Source: Hemiscyllium ocellatum
Lineage: Eukaryota
Assembly (NCBI RefSeq): GCF_020745735.1
Contig: NC_083428.1
Coordinates: forward strand, 30,504,001-30,568,000
Reading direction: 5' to 3'
Length of the DNA: 64,000 nucleotides
Made by a program: the position numbers and the translations under genes
The notes under the pieces: model-generated
What the model was told of the DNA's origin: nothing
Seen by the model: the letters and a program-made list of their open reading frames with translations, nothing else
Databases searched by the model: none
Shown here: in pieces, positions 29,160 to 41,737 of the stretch
Numbering within the stretch: position 1 is the first letter of the stretch
Layout of the letters: every line of letters starts with the position of its first letter

Positions 29160-29710
29160 AATAAGAATGAAAAGAGCTGGAGAAATGCAAGTAAGTCTGG
29201 CGGCATCTGCTGAGAGAAACAAAGTTTGAGAGTGTGACATTATTCTTCTTCAGAACTGAACGCTATTGGAAAATAATGGTTTACTGTTGCTAACAAATGA
29301 GAGGTGAGGAACTGGTTAAACTGATGGTGAGGGCGAACAAAGCAAATAATAAAAGGTGTTTTAAAGTAGTAAAGGAGGCATATGGAGGAAAATAGGTCAT
29401 AATGGCAGGTATGAACAGTCAAAAATAGGTTAGCTTTGATTAGCTCAAATGCATGCAAACAACCCTTGGGGTGGATGAAATAAAAAAAATGGAGGGCAGT
29501 ATTCATGCTCTGAAATTACTCAAAGCCATGCTGAGGCCTAAAGGCTGTAAAGCCCCAAAGCAGAAACTAAGGCGTTGTTCCTCCAGCTTGCTGGAGTACA
29601 GAAGCAGACCTAAGATAGAACTGATAGCAAGAGAGCAACAGGTCAGTAGTCAGAGAGATATTGCGCAAAGCAGTCACCCAGCCTGCGTTTGGGATCGCCA
29701 GTTTAGAGGC
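29160..29710 (-). mobile_element. Old Penelope-like 3' fragment in LONP1 intron 1
   Basis: Decayed GIY-YIG segment (G..KRRLGDCFAQYL, LEEQRL.F) followed by a pLTR-like tail. Confidence 0.55.
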
Positions 29711-29970
29711 GAGCGTTAAGGTACATTTGCGACACAAAGTGGTTAAATGGCGTCATTAAATGTACATTATTCAAATTGTTGCCTAGAATAATCAAAGTAA
29801 AGTTGCTCTTAAGTCTCAAATTTGCAATGAAAACAACCTTGGGCGGTATAAATAGTTTGGAATTAAGTTTCCCCTTTAAATCCACGCATGTGAATGTTCG
29901 TATTTAGTGTTCACGTTCGTGACGTTTCCCATCTATCAGCAAGTGCACAAAGACTCCACGGGATTCTTAC

Positions 29971-30465
29971 CTCAATTATTTTAATAAATCTGGGGAACAC
30001 GGGGTTCCTACTGACGGCGATCAAGGGGACATTGGGAAAGACATCCGGCACGATCATCGGGGAGAGCGCAGTCATGGAAGGGGGCATACCCGCAGCCCCT
30101 TCACCACCTCCACCATCCCCAGACCCATCTTCCACACCATCATCCCCCGAGTTAACCGAACCACCACTGCTCTTCTCACTGAAGTCCTGGAAGGTGCGGG
30201 TTTGCTGCAATCGGGGGTTAAGTTGCGGTGGGAGACTGGATTTCTCGCCATTGCAGCATACCGTTCCTGCCACCCTCGTTACCGTTCTGCGCTGACCGCA
30301 GCCCCGCCATCCCACACAGGCAACCGAATGGAACCGCTTTGTTGAGGAAGCAACGCCGTTCCGCCCGGCTGGAGCAGAGCTCGTGACCGTATCGAATAGT
30401 CGATAGCCTGATCTGCCTCCATTAAACCAGCGGGAGATGGAGCCCAGCCTCATGTAGGCTGACAT
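29971..30465 (-). CDS. LONP1: LONP1 coding exon 1 (mitochondrial presequence and start of the Lon N-domain)
   Basis: ATG in aagATG context. Reads [13 protein letters not shown]...[35 protein letters not shown], 495 nt, donor GTAAGA. The Arg/Ser-rich N-terminus fits a targeting peptide. Confidence 0.93.
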
Positions 30466-30620
30466 CTTGGTGACTGATCTGTAAACTCCCACAATGCCTC
30501 TCGGTGACCTCGCCGCTGCTCTTCGGAGACAATCTGTGCCGCGCTCTGATTGGCTAAAATGGTCACGGCCCTGGGGCACTCTCTTTGATTCTTCATGGTC
30601 AGATCTGACTGCACGCCTTT
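30466..30620 (-). promoter_or_regulatory. LONP1 5' UTR and proximal promoter (CpG-rich)
   Basis: Local CpG enrichment. NF-Y type AGCCAATCAG on the minus strand at 30546-30555. ZNF143/Staf-like CTCCCACAATGCCTCTCG at 30486-30503. The TSS cannot be determined. Confidence 0.6.
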
Positions 30621-30800
30621 CTCCCCAACCCTTATAAAAACTTCCATTCTTTTCTGAAAGTCAGCTTGAACCTGCCTAAGACAATTGTACTCGTGACACA
30701 AGGAAAGTTGATCAGTGATGAATGATTTTCTCTGGATGAACTGGGGCACTATTCAGGCTCTTTGGGACAATTGGGACACTGGCTGCCCCAGTTGCATCAA

Positions 30801-31007
30801 GGCTGAAAATGTGTTGCTGGAAAAGCGCAGCAGGTCAGGCAGCATCCAAGGAGGAGTGTCGACGTTTCGGGCATGAGCCCTTCTTTAGGAATCGCGGACA
30901 CCTCCTCCTACTGGCGCACCGACCTTTACACCGCTGAGGCTAAACGCCAGCTCGCGGACACCTCCTCCTACTGCCCCCTTGACCATGACCACACCTCCCA
31001 CCGCACA
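30801..31007. mobile_element. Penelope-like insert (inverted pLTR end plus RT-proximal ORF fragment) upstream of LONP1
   Basis: TSD ccccagt(t/a)gcatcaa at 30786-30800 and 31008-31022. The plus-strand part encodes WRTDLYTAEAKRQLADTSSYCPLDHD. Confidence 0.75.
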
Positions 31008-31119
31008 CCCCAGTAGCATCAAACCAATTACTTTTAATAAAAGTGCCCACTTTTAAAGGGGCACAAGCAAAACACTATAAAAAGGAAACTACTTCGGACT
31101 GCAATGAGGATTTTTTTTC

Positions 31120-31370
31120 TGATGTGGAGGTGCTGTTGTTGGACTGGGGTAGGCAAAGTAAGAAGTTGGTAAAAACAAGGACTGTAGATGCTGGAAACCA
31201 GAGCCTAGATTAGAGTGGTGCTGGAAAAGCGCAGCAGGTCAGGCAGCATCCGAGGAACAGGAAAATCAACGTTTCGGGCAAAAGTAAGAAGTTGCATGAC
31301 ACCAGGTGATAGTTCAACAGGTTTATTTGAATTACAAACTTTTGGAGCCATGCTTCTTTGTCAGGTGAAC
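31120..31370 (-). mobile_element. Two nested Penelope-like terminal fragments
   Basis: A family-1 pLTR end (~31169-31277) sits inside another hammerhead-type terminus, with duplicated ggcaaa(a)gtaagaagttg. Confidence 0.6.
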
Positions 31371-34270
31371 ATGTATCCATCTGAACTATACTATTCTACA
31401 TTTTTACATGGTAACAAAAAAAAGTCATTCCAGCATCACTAAACAAAGCCAAAGTTACTGGTCTTTTTGAACAGCATAAGTAATAAAACCCAAATCATAG
31501 AAATAAAATAAATTTTAACTAATTACAATGACTCTACATTTGCTCAGTACATATTCCAGTTCCTTCACCGTTATCTTGTCACGAAGACCTCAAGCATTTC
31601 CTGGGCACAATTCTTGGTAATCTCTGGATTACTTCCAGTGCCACGTGCTAGTGAGGGTAAGAACAGGAGGATATGACAGATGAATGTGTGGTTAGACAAT
31701 TGGTGCAGGGGGCAAAGATTCAGATTTTTAGATCATTGGGATTTTTTCTGGGGCAGGTTGCATTTGAACTCGGGGAGTCCCATATCTTGGCAGCCAGGTT
31801 TGCTTGTGTTACAAGAGAGGATTTAAACTAAATTGGCGGGGGTTGGGATCCTCAACAGCAGGAAAGCAAGTGGAAGGAGATACAATAATCAGAAATAGTA
31901 AGGTGAAGAACAGGTCAGGCTGGAACACGACATGGAGCAAGGAATGCCTGTTGGATTAAAACTGTATCCGTTTTAATACAAGACGGCTGACAAGTAAGGC
32001 AGATGAGCTCAGGTGTGGATAGATATGTGGGATTGGGACATTATAGCCATTACAGAAACATCGCTAAGGGTGGGACAGGGCTGGCAGCCTAATGTATCAG
32101 GGTACAAATGCTTTAGGTGGGACAGAGGTAGTGGAAAGAAGGGAGGGGGAGTTGCATTTTTGGTTAAGGTGACTATCACAGCAGTAATCAGAGATGAAAT
32201 AGCTGAACAATCATCCTGTGAGGCTTTGTGAGTGGAGTTAATAAATAAGAAGGGATGGTGACGTTACTGGGGTTGTACTATAGCCCCCCAAATAGTCAAA
32301 GGGAATTAGAGGAACAAATATGCAGGGAGATTGGGAAGACTTGCAGGAACAATAGGGTTGTCATAGTAGGGGATTTTAATTTTCCTTACATAGACTGGGA
32401 CTGCCAGAGTGTTAAAGGGGTGGAATTTGTTAAGTGCATTCAGGAAAGTTTCCTCATCAGTATGTAGAGTGTTCGAATTGGAAGGGGCAAAAGTTAACCT
32501 ACTCTTGGGAAATAGGGCAAGATTGGTGATGGAGGTGACAGTTGGGGAGCATTTTGGGACTATTGACCATAGTTCTATCAATTTTAAAATAGTTATGGAG
32601 ATGGACAAAATTGGTCCACAAGTTAAAGTTCTAAACTGGGGTAAGGTGAATTTTGATGGAATTAGACAGGAGCTTGCAGGGATTGATTGGAGTACTTTGT
32701 TTGCAAGCAAAGGAACCTCCATCAAGTGAAAGGACTTCAAACATGAGGTAGCTAGAGTTCAAGGTCAATATGTTCCTGTGATGATGAAAGGCATGGTTGA
32801 CAGGAATAAGGAACCCTGGATGACAAGGGATATTGAGACTTTGACCAGAAAAAAGGAGGAATGGCTCAGATACAGGTAGCTGGGATCAAGGGAATCCCTG
32901 GATGTAGATAGGGAGTTTTCTGAAATGGAAATCAGGAGGGTGAAAAGGGGCACAAGATAGCCTTGGCTGAGAAGATTAGAGTGAATCCAAAGTAGTTCTT
33001 TAAATATATTAAAGGAAGAATAACTACTGAGAAAATAGGACTCCTCAAGGACCAAAGTAGACATGGATGTAGAGAACTGCAGGAGATGGGTGAGGTCCTC
33101 AATGCATATTTCTCCTCATGGAGAAAGACATGAAGACTTGGGAACTTGGGGAAGTTAGTGGTCATATCTTGGGGACAGTCCCTATCACAGTAGAGGAGGT
33201 GTTGGATGTATTAGAATGTATGAAGGTGGAAGAGGCTAAGGAATAAATTGCAGGCACCCTGGCTAATATTTTTGCATCATCATTAGCCATGGGTGAGGTC
33301 CGCAAGACTGGACAATAGTAAATGTTGTGCCCTTATTCAAGAAGAGTTGCAAAGTAAAACCTGGAAACTACAGACCAGTAAGGCTAACATCTATGGTAGG
33401 TAAGTTACTTGAGAAGATTCTGAGAGATAAGATATACATGCATTTAGAAAGACAGGAATTAATTAGGAATAGTCAGCATGGCTTTGTGCATGAGAGATCA
33501 TGCCTTACAAATTTGTTAGTTCTTCAATGAAGTGACCAGTAAGGTTGACGAGGGCAGGGCGGTAGACATAGTCTATATGGATTTCAGTAAGGCCTTTGAT
33601 AAGGTTCCACATGGTAGGCTGCTCTGGAAGGTTACATCACGTGGAATCCATGGGGAACTGGCAAATTGGATACACAACTGACTTAATGTTAGGAAGCAGA
33701 GAGTAACAGTGGAAGCATGCTTGTCAACTGGAGGCCTGTGACTAGTGGAGTGCCTCAAGAGTCAGTGCTGGGCCCACTGCTGTTTGTTATCTATATCAAT
33801 GATTTGGATGAGAATGTACAAGGCATGATTAGTAAGTTTACAGATGACACTAAAATAGGAGGCATTGTGGACAATGAGGAAGGTTATCAGGAGTTGCAGC
33901 AGGAACTTGATTAGCTGGGGAAGTGGGCTGAGAAATAGCAAATGGAGTTTAATATAGATAAGTGGTCTTGCATTTTGGAAAGTCAAATCAAGGTAGAACT
34001 TTCATGGTGAATGGTAGGACTTGAAGGAGTGTGGTGGAACAGAAAGACTTTGGAGTTCAGGTGCACAGTTCTCTGAAAGTAAAGTCACAGATAGACAGGG
34101 CAGTGTGGTTGAACAGGCTAGGACATTCTTTTTAGAGTGTAGGAGACTGAGGGAGGACCTTATAAAAATGTGTAAGTTCCTGACAGGCATGGGTGAGGCA
34201 GATACATTAGCAACATTTAAAAGGCATTTGGACAAATACATGGGTAGGAAAGGTTTAAAAGGATATGCCA

Positions 34271-35628
34271 GCACCACTCCTCCTAGGTCCAGGTCCTCAC
34301 TCCTAGCCTTGCGTATTTTTACCATCCCCACAGACTGTAAAACCTGCACCCACACATTCCTCCCTCACCTCCATCCAAGACCCCAAAGGATCCTTCCACA
34401 TCGGACATAGATTTTCCCGCACCTCGACACATGCCATCTACTTGTTCACTGTTCTCTATGTGGTCTCTTCTACATTGGTGAGACAGGACACCAACATGTA
34501 GAACATTCCAGAGAACATCTCTGGGATACACACATCAAACAACCTGACCGCCCTGTGGCCGACCACTTCAACTCCCCCTCTTGTTTCACCAATGACATGC
34601 AAGTCCTGGGCCTCCTCCACCGCCAAATTCTAGCCACCCAACACCTGGAAGAAGAACGCCTCCTCTTCCACCTTGGAACTCTCTAACCACACTGGATCAA
34701 TGTCAATTTCACCAGTTTCCTCATCACCCTTCCCCCACCGTCTCCCAGATCCAACCCTTCAACTTGGCACCACCCTCTTGACTTGTCCTACTTGTCCATC
34801 TTCCTTCCCACCATCTGCTCTGACCTATCACAACACCCCACACCTTCATCTTCCTATCACATTCCCAGCTACCTTCCTTCATCCCCACTCCCCTCCCATT
34901 TATCTCTCAGCTCCCTTGAGACCCCCACATTCCTGATGAAGAGCTTATACTCGAAATATTTGTTTTAAATTATTTACAGTGTGGAAACAGGCTCTTCAGC
35001 CCAACGAGTCCACACTGACCCGCTGAAGCGCAACCCACCCAGACCCATTTCCCTACATTTACTCTTTCACCTAACACTACAGACAATTTAGCATGGCCAG
35101 TTCACCTAACCTGCACATTTTTGGATTGTGCGAGGAAACCGGAGCACCCGGAGGAAACCCACACAGACACAGGGAGAATGTGCAAACTCCACACAGAGAG
35201 TTGCCTGAGGCGGGATGTGAGGCAACAGTGCTAACCACTATGCCACCGTGCCACCCACAAATGAAAGCTGGCTTCAAGCTGAATCCCTGCAGTGTGGAAA
35301 CAGGCCATTTGGCCCAACAAGTTCACACCACTCTCAGAGTATCCCATCCACACCCATTCCCTATATTTACCCCTGCCTCATGGACCCAATATACAAATCC
35401 CTGGTCATTGTGGGCAATTTAGCATGGCTAATTCACCTAACCTCTGGACTAAGGGAGGAAACCCATGCAGACAGGGGGAGAATGTACAAACAGTCAGTCG
35501 CCGGAGTTTGGAATCGAACCTGGGTCCATGGTGCTATGAGGCAACATTGCTCACCCCTCAGCCACTGTCCCACATTGACTCTCCTGCTCCTCGGATACTG
35601 GCTGTGCATTTCCAGCACCATATTTTTT
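34271..35628 (+). mobile_element. Penelope-like element 3' part (GIY-YIG endonuclease remnant plus pLTR), interrupted by two SINEs
   Basis: CKTC...GLFYIGETG...REHL...PVADHFNS...LEEERLLFHLGTL, then a hammerhead-like core at 34929-34956. Tail resumes near 35573. Flanked by an aaggatat(t)gcca duplication in the host CR1. Confidence 0.8.
34975..35572 (-). mobile_element. Two tandem HE1-like V-SINEs
   Basis: Copies at ~34975-35255 and ~35289-35572. Confidence 0.8.
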
Positions 35629-35804
35629 GACTTAGAAGGATATTGCCAAGTGCAGGGAAATGGGGTTAGCGTTATTGGACATTTTGGTCGGCATGGACCA
35701 ACTTGGGCCAAAGGGTCTGTTTCCGTGCTGTAGGACTCTATGACTCTTGGGTGTAAACGTGCTGATCCGGGATGCAGGAAGAAATTAATGCAAATACTGG
35801 AAGC

Positions 35805-35905
35805 TTTACTGAAAACAACAAATGCTAGATATCAGGTCAGACTGCATCCATGGAGAAGGAGCAAGCTAACGTTTCGAGTCGAGATGACTCTTCATCATAG
35901 GTGAA
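35805..35905 (-). mobile_element. Penelope-like terminus of a third family
   Basis: TGATGA-A-GAGTC-ATCTC-GACTC-GAAAC-GTT on the minus strand. Confidence 0.55.
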
Positions 35906-36764
35906 GTGAAGTGATGCAGGATGTTTGCTATGGGCGATATATGATACTATGAACACAACTAAGTGTCAAGTATGTTGCTCCCATTGTGAACAGTCTCATT
36001 CAATTTGTGACAATGCTGTGGGATAGCTGTTGGAATCAATGGTAAACCAGTAGAGTTTGTGACAGATGCTGTATTGATCAATTTGGTCATTCAAAATTTA
36101 ACTAGAATAATTTGTGAAACATTTAATGCTAAAGAAGCAGCCTGACAGTACAGAAGTACTAACACATCAAGACAGAAGGTCAAGAAGTGGAGCTGTGTGT
36201 TTTCAGTACTTGATCCCATGTCAAAAGCATATAAATGAAGAAATGAAAGGAACAAAATAAAACTCCTTTAGGGAACATGAGAGACAATTATCTGGGGGTG
36301 AGAAGAGAAGCCATTGCTGAAGATGCTCTGGTTATGATTCAATAAATTGTGAGAACTATGTGAACGAGACATCAGAGGAGAGGCAATGGAGATGAATGAT
36401 AATAATGGCTATGTCAAAGGGTGTTGAGGGTAAGAAGAATGTAGAGTCACAATTCAGCAAGTAACAGCCAGGCATGACGTTATTTCTGACTTTAATTATG
36501 GAGGTTCTAGTGCTGTGACAGGGGCCAAAATCTGAATTGTGACATTTGAATAGGAAGTTTCAGGAAATATTGAGATGGGAGACTACAATATTTTGCAAGG
36601 AGGTGAGGTTTTGAGGAAATAGTTTGATGCTGTTAATTTCAGAACACAACAAGACAGTAGTTGAAGTGAGGAAACTGTTCATAATGTTAGTTAGCATGGA
36701 AGTGAATTTAGGACACCAACAATTTAATACAAGTACGGTCAAAATAGTATAATGTTCATCTCAT

Positions 36765-38285
36765 TGAAACATGGAAGATAGGAGCAGGAGTCAGTCATTC
36801 AATCCCTTGAGCCTGCTCCACCATTCAATATTATCATGACTCATCATCAAGCTCAATACCTTAATCCAACCCACTCCCATATCCCTTGATCCCTTTAGCT
36901 ACAAGAACTATATCTACCTTATTTTTGAAAACACATAATGTTTTTGCCTCAATCACTTGCTGTGGTTGTGAATTCCACACAATCACCAATCTCTGGAAGG
37001 AGAAATTTCTCTTCATTTCAGTCCTGAAAATGTTTACCCTTTATCTTTAAACTATACCCCCTGTATCCAGACTCTTTTGACATCAGGAACATCCTTGTTG
37101 CACCTAACCTGTCTTGAATTGAATTGAATTGGCTTTATTATCTCATGTACTCAAATGAGTACAGTGAAGAGTTTAGTCGACGCATTACAGTGCCATCTTA
37201 GTTACAAAGGTACCCAGGTACAGGTACAATTCTTAGGAAACAAAAATAATTAGTAAAGTAAAAAAGTAAATAGTCCAGCGTTACCGGTCATAGGAATACA
37301 TTAGAAAAATAAAGAAGTAAAAATTTCAGAATATCAGTCTTTCTGGACCAATCCACGCTGGCAACTAGCCTCCAGGGTGACCTCCACTGCCTCGCCACCA
37401 ATGTAGGTGTTGTTCCACTTTAGGCACTGATGCTGCTGTACCTATATTTGCCTTGTAACCAAGAGTCATTGGGTCCACTGCCAGGCCAGGCCACTGCTGG
37501 GCCATGAGTCCCACTTTGGCTGCAGATGTCACCTTAGTGGCGATGCCACCTTGGAAGACTCTGCTGCTGTTAGCATTGCCATCCACGATTGCTGCAGTAG
37601 CTTTGCTGCTGCTACTGCCGGCCCCGAATGCCAGGAGAATGACTTTGATGCTGTTGCCACAGGCTCTGAATGGTGGGAGAACACACTTGCTGCCAAGTCC
37701 TATTAGAATTTCTATTAGCTTCCATCTCATTCTTCCAAACTCCAGTAAGTATAATCCTAACTAACTCAATATCTCCTCATGCATAAATCTTATCATCCCA
37801 GGAATCAATTTGGTAAACTTTCACTGCACTCCCCCTATAGTAAGAATGTCCTTCCTCATATATGGGGACCAGATTGCACTGAATATTCCGAGTGTGGCCC
37901 CATCAATGCCCTGTATAATTGCAGCAAGACATCCTTCTGAACTTGAATTCTTTTGCGATGAAAGCTAGCATACAGTTTGCCTTCTTTAATGTCTGCTGCT
38001 CCTGTGTGCTTACTTTCAGTGACTGGTGCACAAGAGCATCCAGGTCTAATTGAACATGCCTCTCTTTCAATTTACAGCCATTCAAATAATAACCTGCTTT
38101 CCTAATTTTGCTACCAAAGTGGATAACCTGACATTTATCCACATTATACTGCATCTGCCATGCATCTGTCCATTCACTCAGCCAATTCAAATCACACTGC
38201 AAAATCTTTGCATCCTTCTCACAGCGCACTCTTCCAGCCAGGTTTGTCACATCTGCAAATTTACAGATATTACATTTAGTTCCCT
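36765..38285 (-). mobile_element. CR1 LINE 3' part, interrupted at ~37115-37700 by an unrelated element with a (ttcaa)n tail
   Basis: WQMQYNVDKCQVIHFG and 3' UTR. Confidence 0.7.
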
Positions 38286-39899
38286 AGATAAGATGAAATT
38301 GGCATGTGAGGGCTTACGACAGAAATTAAAGAGAGTTGTAGATTCATAGCAAATGAGAAACCAGAGGGAGATTTAGATTGTTGGACAAGAAGAGAGGTAA
38401 AGGAAGGTAGGACTTCAAAAGAAATAGCTGAGTATATGGTCATAATCTTTGTAACAAAGTATTCATGAGATTTTTGTATTTGTTGTTGAAGATGAAAGTG
38501 GATGGGTACGCAGGAGGTTCTCAGGTAGGTAGTGATCTAAAGAAATTGGGACTCATCTTTGCATTTCAATATGAACCTGGGGGTATATGCAGCCTATTGG
38601 TATTTGCTATAGTTCAGGCAGATTTGGTGATGTGTGATTAATCCAGTTATGTGAATGTACTGAATTCAGATCATAGAATTGTAGAATGATACAGAACAGT
38701 GGTAGGCCTTTCAGTCCATGGTGTCTGTGTAAAATTGTTGGTAAAACTATCCACTTACTCCTCCCTCCAGAGTGAAAAATAGCATTCACTGCTCCATGCC
38801 ACTGTCCTTTGTCAATTTGTGAAAAAATAAGCACTGTGAATCTGCAAAGAACAGAGAGCTTAGCAAAGATATTGGGACATTAGTGGCATCATGATTCTGG
38901 TGACATCAAGAATAAATAGTTGAAGTTAAAAGCAATACATATGAATCTGTGAAACACTTGCAACAAAATAAGCAAACTAATCAATACAAAAATAAATAAA
39001 ACAGTTTAATCTAATAGCCATTGCAGTGATATGGTTGTACAGTGACAAAGCTTAGGAATTAAATATTCCAGGATAGATGACTTTTAGAAAAAATGAGCAA
39101 AATGAAAAAGAAAGAGGTATTGCCCTGGCAATGAAAGATTTATCTTTTGACAGAGAAAATGATTTTTTTTTCATGAAACTAAGAGGTAGAATCAGTTTTG
39201 TTTGAGCTAAAAAACAATGGGACCAGAAAACAATTAGTAGACTAGCCCCTCTAAAAAAAACTGTGTTAGAATATGAATCATAAAATTAAAGGTGCATGCA
39301 ATAAGAGTAATACAGTACTGTGGGGCAAGTTTAAATTATATGTATTCCAGGCAATTCAAATGTTTAGTCATATTGTGGAAGACAAGTTTATAGAAAGAAT
39401 TTAAAATATTTTTCTAGATCAGTATGTTGAGGAACCAACTTGGAATCAAGGTATTTTAGATTTATTATTGTGCAATAAGAGAGTTAATTAATCACCATGT
39501 AGTTATAGAGGTCCTGGTTGATGACTAAAATCTGATCTTAAAATGTTGGCGTGCCTTCCCAACTGAAGGTTCAAGGAATGTATTTGCATCTCATTATAAA
39601 CTGTACTCACTGGAACGAAGTACCTTGACTCAATTAAATTCTACCTTTTCGGTAAAAACAGGCTTTCAAGTGCCCAAATGTAAATAAATAAAATGTTAGC
39701 TGGTGGAAACTCCTTCTGGCACTTCAGAGCAGGTTTTTACTGATATATCTCTACAATGACATGGACTGACTGAGTTGAGTGCAGGTCCTAGAAATGGAGC
39801 AAAAGGTAACACAGGGGAGTGCACTTGGTTCTATTGAGTGCAGTGGAGTAAAATGGTATGAGAGAGAAACTTACTTCACTTAATAGGGCAGTAGGAGTA

Positions 39900-41737
39900 T
39901 AGTTATGAGGAAATCAGGAAGGCAGAAAGGGAACATGAGATAGCTTTGGCAAATAGGGTTAAGGAGAATCCAAAGGGGTTTTACACACGTACAATAAGGA
40001 CAAAAGGGTAACTCAGGAGAATAAAGCCCGTCAAAGACCAGCAAGGCGGCCTTTGTGTGGAGCCATAGAAAATTGGGGAGATACTAAACGAGTATTTTGC
40101 ATCAGTGTTTTCTGTGGAAAAGGACGTGAAAGATATAGAATGTAGGGAAATAGATGGTAACATTTTGAAAAATGCCAATATTACAGAGGAGGAAATGCTG
40201 GATGTCTTGAAACGCATAAAAGTGAATAAATCTCCAGGACCTGATCAGGTGTACCCTAGAACTCTGTGAGAAGTTGAGGAAGTGAATGCTGGGCCCCTTG
40301 CTGAGATATTTCTATCACCGATAGTTACAGGTGAGGTGCCGGAAGCTGGAGGTTGGCTAATGTGGTGCCACTGTTTGAGAAAGGTAGTAAGGACACACCA
40401 GGGAACTATAGACCAGTGAGCCTGATGTCGGAGGTGAGCAAGTTGTTGGAGAGAGTCCTGAGGGACAGAATGTACGTGTATTTGGAAAGGCACGGACTAA
40501 TTAGGGATAGTCAATACGGCTTGTTGTGGGAAATCGTGTCTCACAAACTTGATTTAGTTTTCTGAAGAAGTAACAAAGAGGATTGATGTGATCTATATGG
40601 ACTTCAGTAAGGCGTTTGACAAGGTTCCCCATGGGAGACTGGTTAGCAAGGTTAGATCTCATAGAATACAGGGACAACTAGCCATTTGGATATAGAACTG
40701 GCTCAATAGTAGAAGACAGAGGGTAGTGGTGAAGAGTTGTTTTTCAGATTGGAGGCCTGTAACTGGTGGAGTGCCACAAGGATCGGTGCTGGGTCCACTA
40801 TTTTTCATCATTTATATAAATGATGTGAGCATAAGAAGTACAGTTAGGAAGTTTGTGGATAATACCAGAATTGGAGGTGTAGTGGATAGTGAAGACAGTT
40901 ACCTCAAATTACAATAAGATCTTGATCAGATGGGCCAATGGGCTGAGAAGTGGCGGATGGAATTTAATTTAGATAAACGCGAGGTGCTGCATTTTGGGAA
41001 GCAAATCTTAGCAGGACTTATACACATAATGGTAAGGTCCTAGGCAATGTTGCTGAACAAAGAGACCTTGGAGTGTAGGTTCATAGCTCCTTGAAAGTGG
41101 AGTCATACGTAGATAGAATAGTGAAGAAGGAGTTTTGCATGCTTTCCTTTATTGGTCAAAGTATTGAGTACAGGAGTTGGGAGGTCATGTTGCGGCTATA
41201 CAGGATATTGTTAGGCCACTTTTGCAAACAATTCTGGTCTGTTGTGAAACTTGAAAGGATTCAGAAAAGATTTACAAGGATGTTACCAGGAGGATTTGAG
41301 CTATGGAGGGAGGTTGAATAGGCTGGGGCTGTTTTCCTTGGACCATCGGAGGCTGAGGGGTGACCTTATAGAGGTTTATAAAATCATGAGGGGCATGGAT
41401 AGGATAAATAGACAAAGTCTCTTCCTTGGAGTAGGGGAGTTCAGAACTAGAGGGCATAGGTTTAGGGTGAGAGGGGAAAGATATAAAAAAAAACCTAAGG
41501 GGCACCTTTTTCACACAGAGGGTGGTACATGTATAGAATGAGCTGCCAGAGGAAGTAGGGAGGCTAGTACAATTGCAACATTTAAAAGGCATCTGAATGG
41601 GTATATGAATAGGAAGGGTTTGGAAGGATATGGTCTGGGTGCTGGCAGGTGGAACTAGATTGGGTTGGGATATCTGATCAGCATGGATGAGTTGGACCGA
41701 AGGGGTCTGTTTCCATGCTGTACATCTCTATGACTCT
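39900..41737 (+). mobile_element. CR1/HER1 LINE ORF2 to 3' end
   Basis: KSPGPDQVYPR, PGNYRPVSL, GVPQGSVLGP; ctctatgactcta tail. Confidence 0.92.

Larger units (their letters stand above)
31620..35745 (+). mobile_element. Long CR1 LINE (ORF1 end, APE endonuclease, RT); 3' end split by nested inserts
   Basis: DIIAITET, YYSPPNS, VGDFNFP, PGNYRPV.LTS, VPQ.SVLGP; tail resumes at 35629-35745. Confidence 0.9.

Noticed and set aside
30466-30579. In-frame 38-codon N-terminal extension of LONP1 in the ORF track
   Set aside because: It starts at a non-ATG codon and runs through promoter motifs. The ATG at 30465 has a good context and resembles the vertebrate N-terminus.
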